From the IMG/VR virus record IMGVR_UViG_2882238243_000002, positions 64,001 through 128,000 of that record: DNA of 64,000 bases; one strand, given 5' to 3'. This DNA comes from a virus (lineage: Duplodnaviria; Caudoviricetes). The notes below the pieces were generated by a model, which searched no databases, was not told the DNA's origin, and worked only from the letters and a program-made list of their open reading frames with translations. Position numbers and translations under genes: made by a program. Positions 9,594-18,718 of the stretch are shown one piece after another. How positions within the stretch are numbered: position 1 is the stretch's first letter; each line of letters opens with the position of its first letter.

Positions 9594-9809
9594 GTGTTGA
9601 CATATAAAAAAGTAGAAAAGTTAGTTGAACAGAAAAACAAAGAGCATGACTATTCAGATATTCGTTATCCGCTTACGCTCAAAAGAGGAGTGCCAGATGC
9701 GAGATATTCAAATAGTTATAAATACACACTGTATAATGCTGCAAATAGGGGTGTAGACAGTGTTCATAAAACGTTACAAGACGTAGTGGATAGTTTGAAG
9801 GGAGAATAA
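9594..9809 (+). CDS. hypothetical protein
   Basis: GGAGGTG RBS. Confidence 0.6.
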   Translation: MLTYKKVEKLVEQKNKEHDYSDIRYPLTLKRGVPDARYSNSYKYTLYNAANRGVDSVHKTLQDVVDSLKGE

Positions 9810-9811
9810 TT

Positions 9812-10183
9812 ATGGCGAGAAAAATAAAAATTAAAGACTACTTAGGTGATGAGTATCAAGGTTCTTGGAACGGAAAAGAATATAGCTCAAAATTTTCAGA
9901 CGGAAAGGATCTTGTACGAATTTATATCGATGACGAAGAGGTTCATGTTGAGCGTAAAGAATTAGATAAAATTTACGCTGGCGATGAAAGACTTCATCTG
10001 AAAATGCAAGCAAATTTATTAGATGAAATAATGAAGCAAGATGATGAGTTTCTCAAAAAAGTATTGAGCAAAGTTATAGGCTGTGGTAGGCTAGTTAATA
10101 GAAAAGAGCGGAACGAAATTATTACAATATTGGACAATAGCACTACATTTAAAGCCATAGAAGAAAAGGATTACAGATATTAG
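9812..10183 (+). CDS. hypothetical protein
   Basis: ORF with RBS. Confidence 0.7.
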   Translation: MARKIKIKDYLGDEYQGSWNGKEYSSKFSDGKDLVRIYIDDEEVHVERKELDKIYAGDERLHLKMQANLLDEIMKQDDEFLKKVLSKVIGCGRLVNRKERNEIITILDNSTTFKAIEEKDYRY

Positions 10184-10223
10184 ACGAAGGTAAACAATAA
10201 TAAGGGACGAGGAAAACAGAAAA

Positions 10224-10706
10224 ATGGAATTGAATCATTTTACAGTAAACACTAAAAATAATAGAGTTAGTAAATCGGAGGAGGTGCTAAAAGCCACTCG
10301 GAAAAATTTGAGACAGACAATAATAGATGCACAAGGTGATTGTGGGGTTGATGTGCTTGATAATACCAACTTTAAATTAACTGTTGAAGAAAACTGTTAT
10401 ATGGGAACTCTGAGTGTCTATGAAAAAGATATATTACTCCCTATTTTAGTAACTGGTGGAGCATCTACTGAATATAGTCGAAAATATATTTGGGGTGAAA
10501 TGTTAAAAGTAAACAATGTTTTGCAAACACAAAGGTTAAATACAATACTTGATGCAAATAGCATTATTTTCCCCACCTCACCTTTAATTATGGATATTGT
10601 TATTGAGATGGTTGCAATAAAACATATTGACATAATGGAATGGACTGGTGATTTTTCAAAGTGTATAGGACATATACTGTTAGGAAGTTCAGTTGATTTC
10701 AAATAA
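10224..10706 (+). CDS. hypothetical protein
   Basis: 160-aa ORF; stop overlaps a repeat site. Confidence 0.7.
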   Translation: MELNHFTVNTKNNRVSKSEEVLKATRKNLRQTIIDAQGDCGVDVLDNTNFKLTVEENCYMGTLSVYEKDILLPILVTGGASTEYSRKYIWGEMLKVNNVLQTQRLNTILDANSIIFPTSPLIMDIVIEMVAIKHIDIMEWTGDFSKCIGHILLGSSVDFK

Positions 10707-10979
10707 AAGGATTATTTCATGATGTGATAGGAGGATGTTGATATGTGTATGCCAGAATTAAAGGAAATAAAGTAGTATCAATAAATGGATTTAAAGTTGA
10801 ATTAGATATGGTAACTTTATTCTATGGAAGCGCAGTAAGTGGGTATAAACAAAAAAGCTATATGTTATATGACGTGGAAGTATTTGAAAGATGAAATGAT
10901 TGTTTGATTGGAGCATGTGGCTCGTAAAAATAAAGGACAAACTATAAGGAAATATAAAATGTCAGTTGGAGGCTAGAAT

Positions 10980-11294
10980 ATGATTATAAAAATGAGTATT
11001 GAGAAGTATGAAGAATCTTTTGAAGAACTTAGGAATAAAATAAAATCGTTTAATACGGACAACTATATGTTTGATTTACAATTATCAGATAAGAAGATTT
11101 TTGGCAATGTATCTTCTTGTTTTGAATTAATTATAAAAACACCCGTGGTGAAAGAAGTGGAAAGAATTGAATTAGAGTTTATGTATGAAGATGTAGATAG
11201 TTATATTTATAGATTTGAACCGATAGTGAAGAATGGTCTTATTGACGAAGCTTTATTAGGACTTATGAGTTATATAGTAGAATACACTAAATAA
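10980..11294 (+). CDS. hypothetical protein
   Basis: GGAGG RBS. Confidence 0.65.
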   Translation: MIIKMSIEKYEESFEELRNKIKSFNTDNYMFDLQLSDKKIFGNVSSCFELIIKTPVVKEVERIELEFMYEDVDSYIYRFEPIVKNGLIDEALLGLMSYIVEYTK

Positions 11295-11321
11295 TAGTTT
11301 GATCAAGAAAGGAACAAAAAT

Positions 11322-11504
11322 ATGGTAACAACAGTTTGCTATAAAAATGAGAAAGTTTGGGAAACGAGAGAGTTAGCAGAACAGTATTTTTTAGAGTGTA
11401 TGATGAAATGTGACGCGGGAAGTGAAAGAGATAGATATGTTAATATTTATTGTAAATTAAAGAGTGGAAGAGATTACTGCACTGACAATATAGATGAAAT
11501 TTGA
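11322..11504 (+). CDS. hypothetical protein
   Basis: GSERDRYVNIY motif; RBS. Confidence 0.65.
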   Translation: MVTTVCYKNEKVWETRELAEQYFLECMMKCDAGSERDRYVNIYCKLKSGRDYCTDNIDEI

Positions 11505-11686
11505 GATTTATAGGATGTAATTATATGAATGCAACATATTATAACAATGAACAACTTTTAAAATCTGTTGTTCAGCTAGAAAAAGATTGGAAAAGATTGT
11601 ACCCGAATGGAGATATTGACAACCCATTATATGAAGGATTACAATATGAAAGGTACTTATGTAATAAGCGAGGACTTAACTATTGA
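11501..11686 (+). CDS. hypothetical protein
   Basis: ORF; likely ATG start at about 11525. Confidence 0.55.
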   Translation: MRFIGCNYMNATYYNNEQLLKSVVQLEKDWKRLYPNGDIDNPLYEGLQYERYLCNKRGLNY

Positions 11687-11720
11687 TTAGTGAAATCTAA
11701 GATTCAAGGAGGATTTTAAA

Positions 11721-11909
11721 ATGAGTGGTATTAAATTTAAATCTGTGCCTAAACACGCAAATATTATACATGAGACCCCAATTATAGAAATTGATGGTGT
11801 TGAATTACATGGGTGCGTGACAAATAAAGACGACGATGAAATTTTAAAAGTTAAGGTTTCAAAATGGAGCGATATGGTACATATTGCTAACGCTCACACC
11901 GATGCATGA
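11721..11909 (+). CDS. hypothetical protein
   Basis: AGGAGG RBS; flanked by repeat sites at 11691 and 11913. Confidence 0.65.
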   Translation: MSGIKFKSVPKHANIIHETPIIEIDGVELHGCVTNKDDDEILKVKVSKWSDMVHIANAHTDA

Positions 11910-11941
11910 CCGTGAAATCATCGTTTCAAAGGACTGAGAAA

Positions 11942-12193
11942 TCAGTCCTTTTTTGTACGGTGAAATGTTGGATCGTCAGTACGTCCGACTAAATAATCTA
12001 TAGACGTTTGAAAATAATCAGCTAATTTTATTACCATGTCTAAACTTGGCTTTTTCTGTTCATTTTCAAAATTACTGATTGTTGCTCTCGTAGCCCCTAA
12101 ATCATTAGCTAATTGCTCCATCGTTAATCCTTTAGATGTACGAAGTTCTTTTAATCTAGTGGAAAATGATGGAAGAAAAAAGAAAAAAAACAT
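11942..12193 (-). CDS. XRE-family (CI/ImmR-like) repressor
   Basis: RLKELRTSKGLTMEQLA..ISNFE..PSLDMVIKLADYF..SIDYLVGRTD; ATG at 12193 after GAGGTG. Confidence 0.9.
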   Translation of the reverse strand: MFFFFFLPSFSTRLKELRTSKGLTMEQLANDLGATRATISNFENEQKKPSLDMVIKLADYFQTSIDYLVGRTDDPTFHRTKKD

Positions 12194-12204
12194 TTTATCA
12201 CCTC

Positions 12205-12250
12205 TTGACAAAAGTATTCAAATAGAATACAATGTATTCAGATGGAATAC
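12205..12250 (+). promoter_or_regulatory. divergent switch promoter with tandem GTATTC-N5-GAATAC operators
   Basis: TTGACA(12205)-17-TACAAT(12228); perfect palindromes at 12214-12230 and 12234-12250. Confidence 0.8.
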
Positions 12251-12283
12251 AAACGAGATATAAAAACTGGAAAGGAGAGCAAA

Positions 12284-12472
12284 ATGAGCCAGTTAAAGAA
12301 ACTTCGTTTGCAACATCATTGGACTCAACAATATGTAGCAGATGTTATTGGTATTACAAAGGCAGCTTATTCTAATATAGAAAATGGAAATAGAAATCCA
12401 TCATTAAAAATTGCTTTACATCTGCAAAATATATTTGGTCTACAAATAGAAAAAATATTGGAAAAAGAATAG
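12284..12472 (+). CDS. Cro-like XRE regulator
   Basis: LKKLR..WTQQYVADVIGITKAAYSNIENGNRNPS; ATG 12284 after AAGGAG. Confidence 0.88.
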   Translation: MSQLKKLRLQHHWTQQYVADVIGITKAAYSNIENGNRNPSLKIALHLQNIFGLQIEKILEKE

Positions 12473-12570
12473 CGGTTTCACTCCGACCAAAGAACGAAAA
12501 CCGCTACACCGTAACTTGGATTTAATCCCTAAGTCGATTACATTCTATCGTACTTTCAGGACTAATTCAA
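12461..12570 (-). ncRNA. candidate antisense sRNA unit A
   Basis: minus-strand TTGAAT-17-TAGAAT promoter; hairpin at 12470-12506 followed by a U-rich tail. Confidence 0.5.
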
Positions 12571-12708
12571 GTCAAATTTTCCAAAACAGAGCACATTGAC
12601 AATTAAATCCATCCACAAACGGAGAATAACAAAGTGAAACCGTAAGCGTAATACCGTAAATTCGCTGTGAAGTGTGTGACGGATGATAAAAGAAAGGATG
12701 ATATTATT

Positions 12709-13458
12709 ATGAAGAAAAATTATGAAGTAAAAGAAGTTCCGTTTAAAGGAGACTCATTATTAGGAGTAAAAGATGAAACAGGACAAGTTTGGTTAGGAGT
12801 TAGAAAGTGTTGTCTTGATATTGGATTAACAGAGCATCAAGCTGATAGGCAAAGAGATAATATTAAGAACGATTTAGCATTATCCAAAGGGTACTCAAAT
12901 TTGGATATCCCTACAAATGGAGGAATTCAAAAGGTGTTATGTATTAGCGAAAAGTTTGTCACATTATGGCTTGCTAAAATTTCACTAACTCCTACTATGC
13001 AGAAGAAGAATCCGAAGGCAGTACAAAAACTACTTGAATACCAGCTAGAAGCTGCTGATGTTCTTCATAAAGCATTTTATGAGACAGAAGAACAGAAGTC
13101 TGCGTTTAACGCTAGAATTGGTTTAGAGGGACATATTGAGGTTATGCAAGTACAGATTAATAACATGGAAAGTATGTTAGAAACACAGACCGAAAAACTT
13201 GATAGAGTTGTAGAAAATATGACACTTTCTACCAGGCAACAGCAGAAACTTTATAAAGCAGCTAAAGACAGGATCAATCATCTTTTGGGTGGCGCTCATA
13301 GCAGAGAGTATAAAGCTAATGCAAAAAGTTATTTTATTAACCTTTGGAACGGTTTGAAATCTCGCTTTGAGTGTGGCAGCTCATATAAGGATCTAAATCC
13401 CGTTTATTATAATGAAGCCTTCGACTTTATTTCTGAATGGGAATATGTAGAGGGATAA
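12709..13458 (+). CDS. phage antirepressor-like protein, copy 2
   Basis: C-terminal two-thirds nearly identical to 2084..2845. Confidence 0.82.
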   Translation: MKKNYEVKEVPFKGDSLLGVKDETGQVWLGVRKCCLDIGLTEHQADRQRDNIKNDLALSKGYSNLDIPTNGGIQKVLCISEKFVTLWLAKISLTPTMQKKNPKAVQKLLEYQLEAADVLHKAFYETEEQKSAFNARIGLEGHIEVMQVQINNMESMLETQTEKLDRVVENMTLSTRQQQKLYKAAKDRINHLLGGAHSREYKANAKSYFINLWNGLKSRFECGSSYKDLNPVYYNEAFDFISEWEYVEG

Positions 13459-13467
13459 TACATATAA

Positions 13468-13584
13468 CATAATTCACGTTTTACATATGCGGTCGGTAGC
13501 TGTCAAAGGCTGTCGGCTGATTTCTGACATGCTGTATATGCGATGTCGATGGTCTTATACTTTCCCATTGTAAAGAAAGTAGTT
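13468..13584 (+). ncRNA. conserved structured element, copy B (leader of the recombinase gene)
   Basis: 12-bp GU-rich stem at 13490-13519 with GTCAAA loop; shares the AAAGAAAGTAGTT end with copy A. Confidence 0.45.
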
Positions 13585-13617
13585 ACTAGAAATGATTTCT
13601 GGAAAGGAAGTGAAACT

Positions 13618-14613
13618 ATGTGCTACAAAGAAGAAGTACAAAGAAAAAATGCTGAGAAGTTACAACGAAAATTTGATGAAGAGAATGTACCAGAATTTAT
13701 TCAGGACTTTTTCCCACGCATAGCAAGTAGAGCTGCAAGGATTAATTATTGGTCAACTATTAAAAATATGCTTAAATGGTTAATGGAAAATAATTTCATA
13801 AAAAGAGATAAGCTAAGTGATATAGTATCTGATGATATTAAAAACATCAGACCTGCAAAGATGATTTCCTACTTTGAGTATTTAAAATATGATAAAAAGA
13901 TATCACTCAACACACTAAGCACTCAAAAAAATCAGCTTGGAAGTTTTTGGGAGTACTTAAAGGAAGAACACTATCTTGACGATAATATTGTCCATATGGT
14001 CAAATCAGAAGAATTTAAGCCAGCAAAAACAAACAGAAGAAAGATGGAAAAAATGCCATTACATGAAGATGTTGAAGAGATGATTGAAAAAATACTCAGA
14101 AAGCCAGATGAATTTATAAGGATAAGAAATATTATGGTGTTTAGAGTGTTGAGAGGAACTGGACTAAGAGAGTCTGAATTAGCTGGATTAGATATTGATA
14201 ATTTATTTTTAGAAGAAGAACATCCCTATATTCTTGTAATCAGTAAAGGAACCTATGATTACTCAGATAATGGAAAAGATATAGTATATCTCACTAAAGA
14301 TGCAACAGCGGCTTTAAATGAGTGGTTAGAATATCGAATGGAACTAGATGATATTGTAGATAGTAAAGCCATTTTTCTCAACAAAAATGGAAAGCGTATG
14401 AATGAGGAAAATATTCAAAACATGTTTAAAACCTATTCTAGTGGAAAATTAACGCCACACATGATGAGACATGAATATACCACTATATTACAAAGAGAAA
14501 CGAATGATCCAACGTTCGTACAGGAGCAAGGAAGGTGGAAGTCTGATAAGGTTATGAGGTCTGTATATGATAGTGGGGCAAGTAGGTCTTTGGGTAAACT
14601 GGCAAATATGTAA
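13618..14613 (+). CDS. tyrosine recombinase/integrase (XerC-like)
   Basis: TGLRESEL (R), SKG (K), PHMMRH (HxxR), GRW (W), VY (Y); ATG 13618 after AAAGGAAG. Confidence 0.9.
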   Translation: MCYKEEVQRKNAEKLQRKFDEENVPEFIQDFFPRIASRAARINYWSTIKNMLKWLMENNFIKRDKLSDIVSDDIKNIRPAKMISYFEYLKYDKKISLNTLSTQKNQLGSFWEYLKEEHYLDDNIVHMVKSEEFKPAKTNRRKMEKMPLHEDVEEMIEKILRKPDEFIRIRNIMVFRVLRGTGLRESELAGLDIDNLFLEEEHPYILVISKGTYDYSDNGKDIVYLTKDATAALNEWLEYRMELDDIVDSKAIFLNKNGKRMNEENIQNMFKTYSSGKLTPHMMRHEYTTILQRETNDPTFVQEQGRWKSDKVMRSVYDSGASRSLGKLANM

Positions 14614-14881
14614 ACATAAGAATTGTGTGTTTCATAGAGAATGGATTTGTGATAAAATTGAAAGAGAATTAAAAAGAATGCAAGGACGGAGCCGGTTTAC
14701 CATGAAGAAAATTTTAGACTACACAATTAATAAAGATGATATGGCAAAGATGGACGATAGAGAAGTGGCAGAATTGTTAATGTACACCGATAGAGATAGA
14801 AAAGAATTAGAAGTTGCCGAGAAAATATATTGGTGGTGTGTTGAAGAAATTAATCGAAGAGAAGATGAGGTGGTTTCATGA
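14567..14881 (+). CDS. hypothetical protein
   Basis: ORF; true start probably downstream (about 14702). Confidence 0.5.
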   Translation: MIVGQVGLWVNWQICKHKNCVFHREWICDKIERELKRMQGRSRFTMKKILDYTINKDDMAKMDDREVAELLMYTDRDRKELEVAEKIYWWCVEEINRREDEVVS

Positions 14882-15075
14882 AATGCACATTAGAAGAGGA
14901 TGTTAATACTTGTCAATTCTTCAAAAGAGAGGTTCACACATGAAATGAAGGTAAATGTTCTTTTCAGGAAGAAGACGAAACAAACGTAAACGGAGAATAT
15001 ACAAGAGATAAGCGTTGGTATGAGCAATATTACAAGAAGAAAGATTGATTTCAAGTGAAGAGGAGGATTTAACAT

Positions 15076-15297
15076 ATGGAAACTATTTTGTATGGGGAGC
15101 ATAGCGTGTGGAAATTTTTAAAAAAAGATAGATATACCAAAGAAGGAATAAAGAAAACAGAACAGATTTATGATTTTCTTCAAAAGATGAAAGAAGATGT
15201 GGGTGTTGACAGAATGAGAGAATTGTTTGATATGTGGAATGAATATAGTGATGAGACATTTTGGATTTTATCAAACATTACTCATGATAATGAATAG
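15076..15297 (+). CDS. hypothetical protein
   Basis: AGGAGG RBS; flanked by repeat sites. Confidence 0.65.
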   Translation: METILYGEHSVWKFLKKDRYTKEGIKKTEQIYDFLQKMKEDVGVDRMRELFDMWNEYSDETFWILSNITHDNE

Positions 15298-15328
15298 CAG
15301 TTAAAAGCCAGATTAATAGGAGGAAATG

Positions 15329-15855
15329 ATGGAAAAATTTATGAACGAACCAATCCCATATGAGCGGACTAATAAAGACATTATTCAGGAATATGAAAAG
15401 TGCCAAGATAAAAAGAAAGTGGCTGTCATATGGGGAATTAGTGTAAAAGAAGTTGATGAGATATTAAAACAAGAGAAGACTTGAGGTGATGTTATATGAA
15501 AGTAAAGAGAAATAATCCGGAGTGGTGTTGTCAACAGATTGAGGATAAAATACAAGATTATAAAATAAGTATAACTGAAACAGAAAACGAAGATGTAAGA
15601 AGGCAATTAGAAATTATTGTTGAGGACTTAGAAGAAATATTATATGGATGAAATGCTGTTTTCAAATTAAAAATTATTCAGGAGGATAATATGAATATGG
15701 ATAGTAAGATTAATAATTTATTATATTTAGAAACAATCATAACAAACCTGATACACCGTGAAATTGAAGAATTATTAAGAGGAAAAGAATCGGATAGTCA
15801 AAAACTTAAAGAAAGTATTATATACCAAATAGATGACAGACTGAATACACGATAA
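15329..15855 (+). CDS. three small hypothetical genes (15329-15484, 15496-15651, 15691-15855)
   Basis: each has a strong RBS; two stops overlap repeat sites. Confidence 0.55.
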
Positions 15856-16029
15856 AATCAACTTTAAAAAGAAATTCATGTAAAAAGAAGTTAGAAGATA
15901 TGGAATATGAGGTGAGCTTTTCTCCAGATAATTATGAATTAGTGATACGAAAATTTGATATGATAGACAAGCATTGAATAAAATCTTTGTTTGTGGTTGG
16001 AGAATAATAAACGTAAAGAGGTAAGGTAG

Positions 16030-16281
16030 ATGAAATTAAATTTTAGCTTGAAGAATAAGGAAGCAAGTTTAGAAGCAGATGTTGAAGGGGTTATTGAAAA
16101 AGGTTTCGAGCATAGGGCTAAAAATCCTAATAGAAAAACTCGACATCAGATCAAACAAGAAGAAAAACGGTTGAATGAAGAATTAAAACAGAAAAAGTTA
16201 ATTCAGGGTATGCTGCTGATGATGGGACTCATTGTTTTTGCTCTAATTATCTGCGCAATCGGATCTGCGTTGAATTGGTAG
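16030..16281 (+). CDS. C-terminally anchored membrane protein
   Basis: hydrophobic C-terminus. Confidence 0.65.
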   Translation: MKLNFSLKNKEASLEADVEGVIEKGFEHRAKNPNRKTRHQIKQEEKRLNEELKQKKLIQGMLLMMGLIVFALIICAIGSALNW

Positions 16282-16342
16282 AAAAGATGTGAGAATTAGT
16301 GGTAAGATACAATGAAAGGATAGTTTCGTGGGAGGTGATGTT

Positions 16343-16698
16343 GTGGGATTTGATATGTACCTGATTAAGGTGGACAAAAATAAGATAAGAAATTTAGAAG
16401 AACCTTTGTGGCAAGAAATTCAAGATGCAACGATTGATGAAGTAGATAACTATTATCCTGTTTTACATGATTTTTATTAGGATCATGATGATTTACAATG
16501 GATATATGAAGAATATAATCTCTTATCGGAAATCAGTTTGACTGAAATAATTGAGTGGTTAAAAGAGAAAATAAAAACAAAAAAAACTTTGGTTTAGATA
16601 GTAGCGAAGAAAGAATGACTAAAATGGTTTATGAAAATATAAAAGATTGGATTCCTCTAAAAGAAAATGAGATTGTTTATTTTGAGGAAGATAGCTAA
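16343..16698 (+). pseudogene. disrupted hypothetical gene
   Basis: GGAGGTG RBS; begins MGFDMYL; in-frame TAG at 16478 and a frameshift near the A-run at about 16580. Confidence 0.55.
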
Positions 16699-16737
16699 TA
16701 AAAGAGAAATCTCTTTTGGAAAGGAGAATAAGTAATT

Positions 16738-16950
16738 ATGGACAATAAAAAATGCATTGAGATTTTAGAAACTTTAAAATGCGACTTAGATGACAATTGG
16801 GACAAATCAGACCCTGAAATAATTCAAATTATAAATAGATATTTTTCCGCTATTGATCATGCGATTATCAGTTTATCAAGTAAGAATATGGTAGGAGAAC
16901 TGATTATTGAAGACAAAAAATATATTATTTGTGGACAAGAATTGAGTTGA
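16738..16950 (+). CDS. hypothetical protein
   Basis: AAGGAG RBS. Confidence 0.65.
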   Translation: MDNKKCIEILETLKCDLDDNWDKSDPEIIQIINRYFSAIDHAIISLSSKNMVGELIIEDKKYIICGQELS

Positions 16951-16975
16951 TGATTTACTAGATAGGAGGGCTTGT

Positions 16976-17551
16976 ATGAGCGTGGAAATGCAAATTGCTT
17001 TATTGGGTATCATAGGCACCCTTGTAGGTACAGTATTAGGTTGGTTTTTAAATAATCTGTCACAGCGAGGAAAACTTAATATATATGTTTCATCTTGGAA
17101 AGATAAATTCGAGTACAATCATATTGGAACAATGGTTCCTAGTTCAAGCATCGAACAGACTGAAAGTTATTCATACAGATTAGCACTCGATTTATATAAC
17201 GATAGTGGTGAAACAAAGATAATGAGAAATGTTGAAATTGTATTTGCTAAAAACAAAGAGGTATTGTATTGCAGTGTTCCCAAAGATGAAGCAACTGGGC
17301 GAACAAGCCATCCGATGGCATATTATGATGATGTATTACCTATAAACATCCCACCAAAGACTGTTTTACATATAGAACTCTTCAAAGGGGTTTGGAAAAG
17401 TAATACCTCACTTGATTTTATTTGGAAAACTACTTCGGTATTTTTGAGATATGTAAACGAGAATAATAAAAAAGTAAGTGTTATGATTAATAAAGTAAAC
17501 TACAAGGATTATTTTATTCATCATAAGACAGATGAGCAAGATAATGAATAA
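16976..17551 (+). CDS. N-terminally anchored membrane protein
   Basis: IALLGIIGTLVGTVLGWFL; AGGAGG RBS. Confidence 0.75.
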   Translation: MSVEMQIALLGIIGTLVGTVLGWFLNNLSQRGKLNIYVSSWKDKFEYNHIGTMVPSSSIEQTESYSYRLALDLYNDSGETKIMRNVEIVFAKNKEVLYCSVPKDEATGRTSHPMAYYDDVLPINIPPKTVLHIELFKGVWKSNTSLDFIWKTTSVFLRYVNENNKKVSVMINKVNYKDYFIHHKTDEQDNE

Positions 17552-17581
17552 AAGTTCAGTTTCAATACGGGAGGGATAAAT

Positions 17582-17806
17582 ATGGATTGGAATAAAGTAA
17601 ATCTAAGAAGTAAAGATAAAAATTTACCACAAGCGGACATACCTGTAATATGGGCAACTAATGAAGAAACTCATGATGAAAAGATATTCCATAAATTTAT
17701 TGGATGGCTAAGTAAGGATTGTAAATATGTGGAGTCTGGATGGAAAAGATATAGAGTAACTAGTAAATTCTGGTGGCAGGAATTGCCAGATGATCCGGAA
17801 ATTTAA
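17582..17806 (+). CDS. hypothetical protein (DUF551-like pattern)
   Basis: W..V..LP at the N-terminus and WQELPDDP at the C-terminus. Confidence 0.6.
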   Translation: MDWNKVNLRSKDKNLPQADIPVIWATNEETHDEKIFHKFIGWLSKDCKYVESGWKRYRVTSKFWWQELPDDPEI

Positions 17807-17848
17807 TATATAATGAATGTGAAATTTCGTAGCATTGGGAGAAAGTAG

Positions 17849-18604
17849 GTGATATTTATAATTTATGTAACCGGAGATACTCATGGAGATTGGATGAGCC
17901 GTTTAAATTCTAATTCATTTCCAGAGCAAAAGGAGATGACCAAGGATGATTATGTGATTATCTGTGGTGATTTTGGTATATGGGACAACTCCAACAGAGA
18001 AAAATATAATCTAAATTGGCTCGAAGATAAACCTTTTACAACACTGTTTGTGTCTGGAAATCATGAAAACTATGATATTCTTGACTCATTGTCAATTTCA
18101 GAATGGCACGGTGGCAACGTCAATTACATAAGACCATCAGTAATGCACTTGATGCGTGGACAGGTTTTTAATATTGAAGGTAAGAATTTCTTTACATTTG
18201 GTGGCGCAAGTAGCCATGATATTTCAGATGGAATTTTGGAGAAAGACGATCTCAAAATAAAAAAATGGAGAAAAGATTATTCTAAAATGTTTCGTATTAA
18301 CCATGTCTCATGGTGGGAAAGAGAATTACCTTCCAACGAAGAAATGAATGAAGGAATTGCAAAACTTGCTGTTGTTAAAAATAAAGTTGATTATATTATC
18401 ACTCATAGTCCATATACATGGCTATTAAAGCAGGTGGATGGTGGTAGTGGACTGTATAAACCGGATATACTGACCGATTACTTGCAAGACATCAAGCAAA
18501 CTGTTGATTATAAGCATTGGATGTTTGGGCACATGCACACCAATCAAACGTTTTATTGGGAAAGAGCAAGTTGCTTATATGAACAGATTATTAGAATAGA
18601 ATAA
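17849..18604 (+). CDS. calcineurin-like metallophosphoesterase
   Basis: GDTHG, CGDFG, GNHE, THS and FGHMH motifs; likely ATA start at 17858. Confidence 0.9.
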   Translation: MIFIIYVTGDTHGDWMSRLNSNSFPEQKEMTKDDYVIICGDFGIWDNSNREKYNLNWLEDKPFTTLFVSGNHENYDILDSLSISEWHGGNVNYIRPSVMHLMRGQVFNIEGKNFFTFGGASSHDISDGILEKDDLKIKKWRKDYSKMFRINHVSWWERELPSNEEMNEGIAKLAVVKNKVDYIITHSPYTWLLKQVDGGSGLYKPDILTDYLQDIKQTVDYKHWMFGHMHTNQTFYWERASCLYEQIIRIE

Positions 18605-18658
18605 TGAAATGTCCAAACGTGAATTATAGTATTAATAAAAAAAAGAAATAAATTCCTA

Positions 18659-18687
18659 TTGAAAAAGAACAACTGTTCGATTATAAT
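18659..18687 (+). promoter_or_regulatory. SOS-regulated promoter (LexA box between -35 and -10)
   Basis: TTGAAA-17-TATAAT enclosing GAAC-AACT-GTTC (18667-18678). Confidence 0.85.
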
Positions 18688-18718
18688 AACCTTATCCAAT
18701 AATTTAGGAGGTGTCATT

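Noticed and set aside
12174-12193. Poly-T run at the repressor start (MFFFFF) as a phase-variation switch
   Set aside because: Runs are only 6-8 nt and interrupted, in an AT-rich genome; no evidence without reads.
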